DNA of 64,000 bases from Sminthopsis crassicaudata (lineage: Eukaryota). Where the stretch lies: positions 354,111,261 through 354,175,260 of the forward strand of contig NC_133620.1 in NCBI RefSeq assembly GCF_048593235.1. Direction: 5' to 3'. The notes under the pieces are model-generated. The model did not search any database. It was given only the letters and a program-made list of their open reading frames with translations, and was not told the origin of the DNA. Both the position numbers and the translations under genes were made by a program. The stretch's first letter is position 1. Each line of letters begins with the position of its first letter. Positions 1 to 27,084 of this stretch are shown here, in pieces.

Positions 1-59
1 TGGATTTTGGTCTCCTTATACTCCATATACTTACAACACCTAGGGGCCTAACTTGAAGG

Positions 60-460
60 GGAGCTTCTCAGTGGCCCAAAATTGTCTAAATTGTACCCAA
101 AAAGGAATCTCTACTATAATATATCAGAAAAATGGTTATCCAGTTTCTTGTTGAGGACACACTCCTGGGACCCTCCACTCTGTAACTTTCATCTGGTGTT
201 CCCGGTTGTGGCTTATTGGGCTAAACAAAAAATCTAATCTTTTATGTGACAGCTCTTCCAAAATTTGAACTCAGCCATCATATATCATTCTCCAACCTTT
301 TTTTTTTTTTTTTTTTTTTTAATCTTCTCCAGGCTAAACATCCTCAGTTCATTTAACTATCTTCATATGACATGGACTCTTCACTGTCATTCTCTTTGGA
401 CAATATCCTGCTTACCAGTGCCCTTCCTGAACTGTGGTGTCTTGGTGAAACCCAGCTTCT
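60..460 (-). mobile_element. Ancient CR1/L3-like LINE 3' fragment
   Basis: tcttctccaggctaaacatcctcagttc and ggaatctctactataat...atccagtttcttgttgagg resemble CR1/L3 3' sequence; a similar block occurs at 48850-48965. Confidence 0.4.
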
Positions 461-1451
461 GCCAGGATTTTTGATATTACTGACACTTCCTGAAAGTGTT
501 TCCTTTGAAAAAAAGTATACAATTTCTTTTGACTCTTTTCCTACCCTTCACATTTTCTCATTTGAAAAAATAAGCATTCCTTTTCTCAGAAGTAGATCAC
601 CAGACTATGGCCAAAGTTATGAACATCATTCAAATGAATTTCTACAAATGCTTCTCACTGTCAACCACATCATGTTCTGGGTTCAGTGAAATTAACATGA
701 AACCTAAGCAAAAACCACAGCAACCCACTTTTGAAAGAGTTGTATGGTGATGATATAAAGGTGATCCTTTTTTTTTTTTTTAAAGCATTCTGGCAGATCT
801 GGGAAAGTTCAAGTATGTCCCCAGAAATAAACTTTACCTGCTGTCTGAGGACTAGCCCAGCCATTTGCAAAAGAGGATCATCATAAAAATATGATGGCTC
901 TGTCCTGAACAGCAAACATGCTATACATGTGTAATGATGGGAAAGGAATACTTTTAAGACTCAGTTCCTAGACTGTTCAGACAATTTAAGTGTGCAGTTT
1001 TGTTTACCAACTGATCATACTGGAAGAACTGAAAATATCCCTGGGCAAATTGTTATTAGAAGTGTAAGCCAGAAGGCAAAGTTATTGATTAAATGAAGGC
1101 TGGTTCCTAGCTTCCCAGATGGGGGTTTGTTTTGTCATGTACCCAAAGGCAACAAGGAAAGTCATTCTGTGAAATGTGGCCTTAGAACTGTTCTTCTCCC
1201 CCAACTAGGGAGAAGGAAAATTACCTCAGGTTGAGAACCTGAATTTTAGACATTAAAGAGAAATGGATTGTTAAAAGCAGAGTTATAAAATGGCACATAT
1301 CTCTTCTTTGGGGAATTATACCCCAAGGAAATAATTTTTTAAAAAGTTATTTTATAAAAATTGTATAGTGTTGGTTATAAAATTGGAAACAGCTTCAATA
1401 GCCAACACTAGGGGAATGATTCAATAGACTATGGAAACTAATATACCAGTA

Positions 1452-1645
1452 GTTTGCATTTAGATAGCACTTTATAGGGCACTTTCTTCAGTCTAGTGAC
1501 ACAGGAAATGTATTGTTACCCCATTTTACAGATGACCAAACAGGCTTATCGATGTTGAGTGAGTTGCCTTTGGTCATCCTGCTAGTTAATGTTAGATCTG
1601 GGACTTCAAGATCTTTTGGTTTTAAATTCAGTGTTCAGTCCCCTA
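1452..1645 (-). mobile_element. MIR/CORE-SINE
   Basis: ccccattttacagatga...gagtgagttgcctttggtcatcctgctagttaatg CORE motif. Confidence 0.6.
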
Positions 1646-2137
1646 TATGATAATTATGTATTGTATATTGAAACATTCAAAAGGTGTGTATGAAATCATG
1701 TTAAGTTAAAATACATGATACAATGATTCAAAAATGTACATAGGTTTACAAAGAAAATAGGGAGGGAAGATGACAGCATGTTCATTCTCTTCTGTAATGT
1801 TGCTTATGTTCCTAATTAAAAAAAAAAATTACAAAAGTTTTAGTTAAGTCTACTTGCTCTTTGCCTTTTCCCTTGTCATATACACAAACATGAGAACTCT
1901 TATGACTGGCCAAAATCCAGAAATTAAAAACTGATAATAGGAAGACACCAAAGGCCCATTTCAATAACAGCAGCCAAAATAGCATCCTTGGTGGACAACC
2001 AGAGAGAAAGGGCTTGCTGGGAGGATAAATGTTAAAGGTAGAGAGGTAAACCCAAGGCCCAGCATTGTTTCACCATAGGTCCATAATAGAGCCAGAGATA
2101 AGATCCAAAAATTGTAAAGGTAATGGTTTCTAGATCC

Positions 2138-5457
<3,320 letters not shown>

Positions 5458-5515
5458 GGCGCTGGTGACGGCGTGTTTCGGGTTGCTGAATACAGCTCCT
5501 GCCCCCTCTCCCCAG

Positions 5516-5565
5516 CTATCTTTAGAGCCAGGTGCCGCCCCCGACAGCTGATGCTCCTTATATGG
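5516..5565 (-). promoter_or_regulatory. PTGES3L proximal muscle-type module: CArG box, two E-boxes, GC box
   Basis: CCTTATATGG (perfect CC(A/T)6GG) at 5556-5565, CAGCTG at 5545-5550, CAGGTG at 5529-5534, CCGCCC at 5535-5540, and a one-mismatch MEF2-like CTATCTTTAG at 5516-5525; 60-110 nt upstream of the ATG. Confidence 0.6.
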
Positions 5566-5790
5566 CCCTGGGAAGGGCAGACGAGGGACTCCAGGGGCCA
5601 GACGCCTGTGGGGTAGGGGTTTCAGATGGGGGTGGAGGGAGGAGAGGTAATCCCTTTTGCTCTTTCTAAAGGCAGTCCTGTCACCACCAGAGGGGGAGGA
5701 AGGGGGGAAGGGAACAAAGGTAGACCGTAAGCACTAGGGTCTCTCTCCTGCCTCCTCCCATGCAGTACCATCCGAAAATCACCAAGTATC

Positions 5791-5906
5791 TTTTTTTTTT
5801 ATTAAAGCTTTTTATTTTTCAAAACTTGCATGGACAATTAACATTAGCCCTTACAAAACCTTGTGTTCCAATTTTCCCTCCCTTCCCCCACGCCCTCCCC
5901 CAGATG
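5791..5906 (-). mobile_element. Severely 5'-truncated L1 3' end
   Basis: T-run followed by attaaagctttttatttttcaaaac...ccttgtgttccaattttccc, the same tail type as 42095-42538; flanked by ccaagtat at 5782 and 5907. Confidence 0.7.
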
Positions 5907-6236
5907 CCAAGTATATTGGATAATATACAAACATCTATTTTCTAAAATAAAACTTTTATTGATATATTTTGTTTTAACATCGCTGACATTTCCCATGGTA
6001 TCTTTTTTTTTCCCCAGAGAGCAATTCTTAGTGATTTTTTTATAGAAAGGGAAAAAAGTTCCATAATATTAACGTGTATCAAACAAGTTTAGTTATATGC
6101 ATTGTCGTTAGATACACTCACAGCCCCCACTTCTGCAGAATGAGGCAGGGGTGGCTATCTGAAGTGGCCATAGGACAGTGTGAAGTAAATCGGCAGTGCT
6201 AAAGGAAGAGGAGGTGCTAAGAAAGCCCCCGAATAG

Positions 6237-15409
<9,173 letters not shown>

Positions 15410-16019
15410 CGAGCAGGCCCTTGCCCCCCCCCAGTGCCTCTCTCTAGGGATGAGTTACCACTTTACTGCATGAGGCTGAGGGAGTTGGAGGAAAAAGCAG
15501 CTGGCTGACAGGTTCTCCCTAGGCTTTACATAGGTGGCTAGTCCCAGTGCCTCTAAAATCTGTCACCCACTTAGCACCTTAGAAATTCACATTTGAAAGC
15601 CCCTCGTTGGAAATGCCCTACCCTCATACATGACCACCTGCCTGTGTTTGACTGGGTGCACACGTGGGCGTGCACTTCCAAGGCAATTTTGCCTTCCCAG
15701 CTGCTCTATTGACCCACAGATATCATCAGAAACTTAGCAAACCCAGAAGTACATTCATTGTGTGGCGATGACAATAAGGGTTGGCAAAGATGTATTCCTG
15801 CTTATGAGGGGAGAAATTAAGCCCAACATTTTGCTGCTCAAATGAGAGACTATTTTTTATTTTGGACTTGACTAACTTCCAATAAGATGAACACTACCAT
15901 ATACACAGTTGAACAGAAAAAAGATAACTGTATCTGAAACTGTAGATCTGTATACATATAGTTCACTTTTCCTTTTAATTTTTTTTCTCCTTACCCCTGC
16001 CCCCCTTTTTGGTGGTAAG

Positions 16020-16265
16020 CAGGGGATAATTGGGTAGACATAATAGAGGACTGCATTGAAAGTCAGGAAGACTTGAATTCAAATCCTCCCATTTACTTGC
16101 TGTGTGACTGAGCAAGTCACTTAACCTCTGTCTGCCTCAATTTTCTCTTCTGTAAAAATAGGGATAACAGCACTTACCTTTCTGGATTGTTATAAGAGTC
16201 AAATGAAATATTTGTGAAGCTCTTTGCCAAACTAAAACACCTTAGAAATGCTAGATATATTATCA
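16020..16265 (+). mobile_element. MIR SINE in the RUNDC1 3' region
   Basis: agtcaggaagacttgaattcaaatcc...gcaagtcacttaacctc...ctgtaaaaatagggataacagcacttacc, near-complete MIR layout. Confidence 0.75.
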
Positions 16266-17266
16266 TGTGTTTTTTTTTTTTGTTTTTGTTTTTTCTTAAA
16301 GCAGGTTTGAATGGCTTTGGCCAGGCCCCCTTGTGATCATTATTTCTCCTTTGTACCCAAAGAGGGATGCCAGAAGTTTCTGTATCTTTTCTCTGTTCTA
16401 AGCCTATGAATGCAATAAGAAAAATTATACTTTCAGACAAATTCAGGCAGGGCTGTCAGGGAGTTAACCATGTTTTATATTTATTTGTTTTTATTTTAAA
16501 TGAAGCTGCTTGGAAGCATCTTTTTTTTGTAGAAATCAGAGCCTAAATCCAAGAGGGCAAAAATGTTTTGCCAGTTTGTGCCATGATAGATATTCTCTTG
16601 CCTTTTGTGTTTTCTCCTATCTGCCATCCTTTTTTAGCAAGACTCTTGGATCCCTAGGAATTTGAACCTGATTTCTCAAAGGTACATCTGTTTTTGAACT
16701 ATTCTGTCAGGGACTCCCATGCCAAGGCAGACTTATATGTATAAAAATACATGTGCATAACCAGTATCAATTTTTCCTTAATTCAGAAGCAGAATTACTT
16801 AGAGAAATAAAGACCGACCTAGTTTTCTTCTCCCTTCAGGGAAGGCTTTAAATCTTAGATATGTTGACAACTAGCCTCTCCCATTGTGGGTGTTGATGCT
16901 TGTCCATGATTGTTCCCAAGAGTGAAGTGGGAAGAACTTAATAGTTAATTCTAGAACAGCCCTATTTAAGATTTATTATCACTTTTTTCTTTTTATTCCA
17001 CTTTTTTTTTTTTTTTTTTTTTTCAATAAAGTTGTGGTGAATACCAGTACATAACTGTCCAAAGTTGTGAATGTTCAATTTTCTGGACAAGCCTCTGAAA
17101 TTTAAAAACTCTTGAAAAAGCTTTGTCTTCAGTTACATGTACAGTTGTGGAATGAAATTGTATCTGCTGGGCTTTATGGTGCGTTTTAACTTAATTTTAT
17201 TTTTTCAGGAAATGTTATTTAAAATTGTGTTGATTTTGTTCCTAATTTATCTACCATGTGTGACAG

Positions 17267-17272
17267 AATAAA
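17267..17272 (+). terminator. Candidate RUNDC1 poly(A) signal
   Basis: AATAAA followed by GT-rich sequence (tgtaaatgttgtggatgtt); an alternative AATAAA lies at 17025-17030. Confidence 0.5.
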
Positions 17273-17917
17273 TGTAAATGTTGTGGATGTTAATCTCTCC
17301 TTGTTGCTAACAAAGCCAAAGTATTTTGTGTAAATTTTCATAATCTTTAAAGTGTTTTCCTAAAAGCTGGGGTTTGCATCTCAGATTCAAAGAATGTCTT
17401 CTAGATCTTCTGATTTTTTAACTGAAAAGAATTAGGCATTCTAGTATCTCTAGCAAGCTGCTCCATTCTTTATCATAAACTCTGCCTTTTGTAGATGGGG
17501 CTATCCCAAAGAATAAGGCCAGGCTGTACACTGGAGTTATGCTGGTTAAAAACAAATTGCCTTATGGCTCCCCAACAAAGACCCAAAGAATAAGCTCTTG
17601 CAAAGGGTTCCTACTCTGGCTGCTCATACTAGTTTTCTGCCAACATCACCAAAAAAAAAGGATACCACAGCATTTCACAGATACTATATGACCTATTCCA
17701 GAAGTAAACTATAGAGGATATAAATACCTATTCATTCAACAAACATATTAAGCATTTGCCAGTACAGTGTACTATCCTAGACGACATGCACAGATAAAGC
17801 TAGATGCAGGCCCCTGCCTTGTCTTTGTCTATATATTAAATGGTAATATAACTCCTATAGACATCTCAAATTAAATAAAATTCTTTTTTTTTGGGGGGGG
17901 AGAGAATCTTGGGTTAT

Positions 17918-18536
17918 TTTTTTAATTATAGCTTTTTATTTACAAAATATATACATGGGTAATTTTTCAGCACTGACCCTTGCAAAATCTTCTGTTCCAA
18001 CTTTTCCCCTCCCCTAGATGGCAGGTAGTCCAATACATGCTGAATATGTTAAAATATATGTTAAATCCAGTATGTATACATATTTATACAGTTATCTTGT
18101 TGCACAAGAAAAATCTAGATCAAGAAGGAAGAAAAAGAAAAACCTGAGAAGGAAAACAAATGCAAGCAAACAATAACAAAGTGGAAATGCTATGTTGTCC
18201 ACACTCATTTCCCATAGTTCTCACTCTGGGTGTAGCTGACTCTTCATTACTAAACAATTGGAACTGGTTTGGATCCTCTCATTGTTGAAAAGAGCCACGT
18301 TCATCAGAACTAATCATTGTATAGTTTTGTTGCCATGTATAATGATGTCCTGGTTCTGCTCAATTCACTCAGCATCAGTTCATGTAAGTCTCTCCAGCCC
18401 TCTCTGTAATTATTCTGCTGGTCGTTTCTTACAGAGCAATAATATTCCATAACATTCATATACAGCCATTCTCCAATTGATGGGCATCCACTCAGTTTCC
18501 AATTTCTAGTCACTACAAAAAGGGCTGCCACAAACA
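17918..18536 (-). mobile_element. 5'-truncated L1 (ORF2 C-terminus plus 3' UTR)
   Basis: ORF 18310-18546 (-) FVAALFVVTRNWKLSGCPSIGEWL...WRDLHELMLSE is the L1 ORF2p C-terminus. Confidence 0.88.
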
Positions 18537-18569
18537 CAAAATTCATTTTTCTTTCCCTCTAGATCTACA

Positions 18570-19310
18570 TTTCTGAAATTCTCTATTACTGCCAAGGACA
18601 CCATCATTCTTCCAGGCATCCAAGTTCACAACTTTGATGGTATCCTAGACTCCACATTCTCACTTTAACCTGCAGGCTGTTGGCAAAGCTTGCCACTTGT
18701 AAATTCTATTTCTCTCTACTATGCCCCTTTCTTTCCAGAACCCCTATGACTTTTACCCAAGTTAAGGTCTTCAATTGCTCTTATCTAGAGTATCAGAGGT
18801 TCACTTCCAGCTTCTCCATTCCTCTCCATTCCATCTCCCTCCCGCACATTTGTGATTGTCACCTATCCAATCAATCACCATGAATCCTTGTCACTTCTCA
18901 AATCAAATATAAAGTGTTTAAAGCTCTTCACCATCTGCCTTTTGTTACACATTATTCTTTTCTGCTCAGTACAGTGAGACCAAACTGCCTTTACCATCCT
19001 CAATTTCTTGTCTCATCTCTTTGCACTCTTCCATATAAGTAATAGACCCTTACCTTCTCACTACCTCTTAGAATCTCGAGTTTAGCTTAAGACTTGGCCC
19101 AAGTGCCACTTTCTCCATGAAAACTTTTCTGACCTCTGAGGAAATGATGCCTTCCTTCCCAGGATTGCTCCATTTTCATTTTGTACACATATTTCATTAC
19201 TTAGCTATGTATGGATTATTAGAATCTAAACCCCTTAGGGATGGGGACTTTTGTATCTTCAGTGCTTAGCATAGTGCCTAGCTTATAGTAAATATTTACT
19301 TGTTGATTAA
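18570..19310 (+). mobile_element. L2 LINE 3' region
   Basis: Ends tttgtatcttcagtgcttagcatagtgcctagcttatagtaaatatttacttgttgatt, an L2 tail. Confidence 0.55.
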
Positions 19311-20199
19311 CTAATTGCAGGAGGCTAGCAAAGGTTTGCCAAATGTTAACAATCTACTTTCTAGGGGAAAAAAAAGTATGCATAACAAGTTTTAAACATC
19401 TCTATCTTAAATCCAAGCAACAGAAAAAGAAAGCATACCCTGATTTGTAACATTTGTCTGTTTCTGGGGTGCAAAAGCTTACAGTGAAAATGTAGTAACT
19501 AGCCACAGCAATTCAGCACACCATTAAAGCCAGCTGCCCTCTAACAGATCAAGCAAAATAACTTTGAGTAATCTCTAACACCTGAATTCCAATCCTGGAT
19601 CTGCCTAGACACTATGTGATTGAGCAAATCATTTAACCTCTTTTGGTCCCTGTTTCATCTCCAAAATTAAAGGGGTTGAAGTACCATCCAGCTTTAATGC
19701 TCTGTGCTTTAAATTCATGTAGACTTTGAGCAGACATAAAAGAAAAATATATTGGTATATACTGAAGACTGTAGAGCAGAAGCTCAGCACTGGGTGGGGT
19801 GGAGTCCTGTGGATTTTTAAAAATAATTAAATCATGATTTCATTAAAATTGATTTCCTTTGTAATTCTAAGTAATCCTATTCACTTTTAAGTTAAATGTT
19901 TTTAAACATTCTGAGAACCCTGTGGACGGGAGAGTATTGTCAATTGTAGTGATAGCTAGTATTTATAAAGAGGCTTAAGGTTTGCAAAAAGTTCATTTTA
20001 TCTGCAAAACAATCCCATTTCACAGATGAGAAAACTGCTCGGGTTACGAGACTTGCTTGCCCCGTCAAGACAGTAAAGATCTGAGGCAGGACTTGAACGC
20101 AGGGTTTCATAATTCCAAGTCTATGTGCAGAGCCACATAAAAGACTTACATAATGGTTAGCCCTGGACTGTGCAGTGAATATTAGTAAGATTCCCTTTC

Positions 20200-20325
20200 G
20201 TGAATTCAGATCCGGCCTCAGACACTTCCTAGCTGTGGGACCCTGGGCAAGTCACCTAACCCCGCTTGCCTCAGTGTCCTCGGCTGCGAAATGAGCCGGA
20301 GAAGGAGATGGCAACTCTCAGAGCA
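20200..20325 (+). mobile_element. MAR1-type CORE-SINE fragment, GC-shifted
   Basis: ccggcctcagacacttcctagctgtgggaccctgggcaagtcac...gaaatgagccggagaaggagatggc, homologous to the copy at 29968-30206. Confidence 0.7.
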
Positions 20326-21001
20326 TTGAGAGAGGTAGTTCCGGCACAAATCAGACAATAACAATGGCTCCCACGCCATGCTGCGCGCTGGGGACACAGA
20401 AAGGGGACGGTCCCTCCTCCCAGGATCTGGCCGGGGAACAACGTGCAGGCCGGAGGACAGACAGGGAAAGCTTCCCACAGGTGAGGAGGCAGAGCATCCC
20501 GGCGTAAAGGCGCTGGCAGCGGAGCGAGGGAGGCGCGGGGGCGCCCGGAACTGCAGGGGGGCGGAGCCGCCCCTCGGAAAGACCGAGCGCCCTCACACTG
20601 GGGGCGATCTCCAGCTACCGGTATTTAGGAAAATGGGAGGGGGAGGGAAGGTGAAACTGACAGAGGAGCGGAGCCTCGTCCTCGGGCTGGGCCGGACTGC
20701 ACTCCGGCGTGGGGCCCTCCTTGTTCGAGGGCAGGGATCTTTGCCTTGCCTGCATTCCCGGCGTTTATCATAGACCTCGCACTCAGGCAATAAACCTGAG
20801 CTGAAGAGAGGAGCTCCTTCCCAGTGCCGATTAAAGCACAGCGGAGGCTGGGAGGGAGGGCGTCCCTCAAAGCTGCTCCCCCGGCAGATCCCACCCCTCC
20901 ACCCCAGTCTGTTCTACGGGGAGAGTCTCCCATCACACCCCACTCGGAACTCTTCCCTGACTCCGAATCCCGGAAACAGGGAAGCAGCCTTTTGTCCCTA
21001 G

Positions 21002-23943
<2,942 letters not shown>

Positions 23944-23963
23944 AGCTACCCTGTTGGTCAGTA

Positions 23964-23969
23964 AATAAA
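23964..23969 (+). terminator. RPL27 poly(A) signal
   Basis: AATAAA 20 nt after the stop codon, followed by ATTAAA and GT-rich sequence. Confidence 0.75.
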
Positions 23970-24386
23970 ATGTTTATTAAAAATGGACATTTGTGTGTCT
24001 GATTCATAGAGTACATGGAACTCTTTACATTTGTTGGATAAAGTGAAGAGCAGGGAGAAATAGACTGCAGTAGGAGACAGAATGCTATTGTATTGATATG
24101 TGCATGTGCACACAATCATTTGTTGAACCTTTGTTTTATTCCAGATCTTGTGCTAAGCTCTGCACATTTACAGATGTGAAATAGCTTCTGATGAGGGAAT
24201 GCTCTAGCAGATAAGGAATCTGGGAAAAGCTTCCTGTAGAACAGGAATTTGTAAATTGGGTCCATTAACTTGATTTTTTTTTTTTTTTAAATATTTTGAT
24301 AATTGTATTTCAGTATACTCATTTTATGTATTTAAAAGGATTTTGTGAATAGTTCCATAGACTTTACCAAAGAAATCTATGACCCA

Positions 24387-24530
24387 GGGCAGCTAGGTGT
24401 CACAGTGGACAGAATACCAAAGTCAAGAGGACCCGAGTTCAAATGTGGTTTCAGGCACTAAACACTTACTAGCTGTGTGACCCTGGGCAAGTCACTTAAC
24501 CCCATTTGCTTCAGCCAACAAAAAAAAAAA
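24387..24530 (+). mobile_element. WSINE1-type SINE
   Basis: gggcagctaggtg head, A tail, and degenerate TSD aaatct(at)gaccc. Confidence 0.85.
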
Positions 24531-25074
24531 TCTGACCCCAAAAAAGATTATGAACTTGCAATAAAGATAATTGAGTTTTGAAGGAAATAAAAGATTCCAA
24601 GAGGCAGGAGTGCATTCCATTCATCATAGAAAGCATTAAGGGGTATAATGTATAAGAATCCTGGAAAAAGAAAAAGGATAGAAACTGGCTCGATTAATGA
24701 TATACATCTATTTTAGAACTTTTCCTGTTACCTTAGTACCCCTATTCTTTCATCTTATCCTCTACCTTTAAAAAATGCCTAACTGTTAAAACTGCAGAAT
24801 CTTAAGTGACCCTCAGGAATTGTTTTAAGCCTTTTTTATGATAGTATTTAGATCTGAACACTGATTCCAAAACACTCCTGATGGAAAATGCTATTCACAT
24901 CCAGAGGAAGAACTGATGATCTTGAGTGAAGATTAAAGCATGCTGTTTTTACTCTTTTCCTTTGTTCTTTCACAACGTGACTAGTATGAAATAGGTTTTA
25001 CATGATTGTACATAACTTATACCAAATTGCTTGCTTTCTTAGCAGTTAGGGAAATAAATGGACCATAAAATCTT

Positions 25075-25223
25075 TTTTTTTTTTTTTTTTTCCCCTGATG
25101 CTGGGATTAAGTGACTTGCCCAGGGTCACACAGCTAGGAAGTGTTGTCTGAGACCAGATTTGAACTCTGGTCCTCCTGATTTCAGGGCTGGTGCTCTATC
25201 CACTGCGCCACCTAGCTGCCCCT
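25075..25223 (-). mobile_element. WSINE1-type SINE with 13-bp TSD
   Basis: TSD accataaaatctt at 25062-25074 and 25224-25236. Confidence 0.9.
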
Positions 25224-26129
25224 ACCATAAAATCTTATAAAGTGCTTTGCACTTTACATTTAAATGTTATTTAAAAACAAGTATTTGGATGTTGTAGAAG
25301 AATAGTTATAATCTCAGGTAATAAATTTTTTGCTAATTTATCCTTTAAGAATTGCAAATCATTTTTAAAAACAATTGGGATGCGTCCTAACTTGGTCAGC
25401 TCTAATAGAGAAAAAAAGTCTTATTCCATAGTAGTTAGAAACCTTTTTGTGAAGAGAATTAAATGCCAAATAGGAGTTTGCATTTGGTCCTGTAGGTGAG
25501 AGGGAGCCAGACAACAGATTTGGAATGACAAGATCAGGCTTACCTTTAGAAAAATAACTGGTGAGATGGGCAGACCCTTGAGTTAACCAAATAGCCTTTT
25601 TTTTTTTTTTTTTTAAGAATAGTCTAAATGGGTGATAGGGAGCCTAAATTAGGATGAATGCCTTATAAATGAAAATAGCATATTCCAGTTGAGTGAATGA
25701 GAAGTCAAGGTTGATAATTTGATTAGAACAATGATGTGACCCTTGAGAGTGAGAGAAGGCTTGGAACTGTTACTTGAAAGTAAAAGTGATTTGTTTCAGA
25801 CATGGATAGGTGCTATGAGTTTGGAGATCGTGAAGTTTAGAGTTAGAAAGGTAGCTGTGCAAATTATTAACATGAAGATAATTGAATTTGTGAAATTTAT
25901 GAGGTCAAGAAGAGGATCTAAGCATTGGGGTACACTCCAGTATGCCATGGAGTAGTTCAAAGAGAACCAAGCACTGTAATGAATACCCAGAGAGGAACGA
26001 ACATCCAGAAGAAAGTGGTCAGCCAGATCAACAGCTTTAGAAAAGAAAAGGAAGATGAGATTTGATTAGCTATTAGATTTGGTCATTAAGAGATCATTAG
26101 CAAGGAAAATAACAAACATTCAAGATGAT

Positions 26130-26770
26130 GTGGGGGGGAAAAATAGAGGCACTAATTGGAGTTGTATACTGATACAGTCATTCTGGAGAACAATTTGGAA
26201 CTATGTCCAGAAAGTTATAAAACTACTTACTGCTGGTTCTGTATCCCAAAGAGATAAAAAGGGAAAGAGTCCACATGAACAAAAAAATAACGACTCTGGT
26301 GGCAAGGAATTGGAAATTAAGGGGATGCCAATCAATTGGGTAATGACTGAACGAGTTATATGTGATTGGGATAACTGTGCTATAAGAAATTGCTGTATCA
26401 AATTAATTATAAGGAAGAGGGAAAATTTGGAACTCAAAATTTTTTAGATGAAAATTAGAATTATCTTTCCATGTAATTAGAAAAAATAAGATACTATTTG
26501 GGAAAAAAAAAATGAGCAAGATGCTTTCAAAAAAACTGGAAGGACTTGATACATAGTGAAGTGAGCAGAACCAGAACATTTGTTTTCTTTTGCAAAATAT
26601 TTAATGATTAGATATAATGACTATATATAATTCAAATTTCCTTCTCAAGAGGAAAGAATTTGACATTCAAAATTTTGAATTATTAACAATTTTTAACAAA
26701 GTTTTGCAATGGTGAAGTTAGAAACTATCTTTGCATGTATTTTGAAAAAATAAAAAGCTATTATAAAAAC
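26130..26770 (+). mobile_element. Old L1 ORF2-end and 3' UTR fragments
   Basis: cattctggagaacaatttggaactatg, ggggatgccaatcaattggg and ggaaaatttggaactcaaaat L1 motifs. Confidence 0.65.
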
Positions 26771-27084
26771 TTTTTTAACATGTCATTGAGCATTTATAAC
26801 TTTGGAGAAAGCAGTTTCTGTTTAGTGATCAGGTGGTAAGAAGACAGATTGTTGGATTTGAATGAGTTTCCTTACCTGGGAGTTAGTTATTTAGACTAAT
26901 GAAATAACAAATCCAGGTGAAAGATTTCATCCATCAGCATCATGTGAGTAGGAACAGAGGAGTTAATAATGTTGGTTTTGGCAAGGCATGAGTGATGGGA
27001 CAAGGGCCACCAGAGGGGGGAGGGATAATGTAGATCTAAACTAGTTCACCAAGGAGAACATAGCTAGAGCAGGGGTGATCACCT

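Noticed and set aside
130-240. AARSD1 exon or extra PTGES3L exon at the left edge (acceptor-like ttttttgtttag near 221, minus strand)
   Set aside because: The translation matches neither protein and the region overlaps CR1/L3-like sequence.
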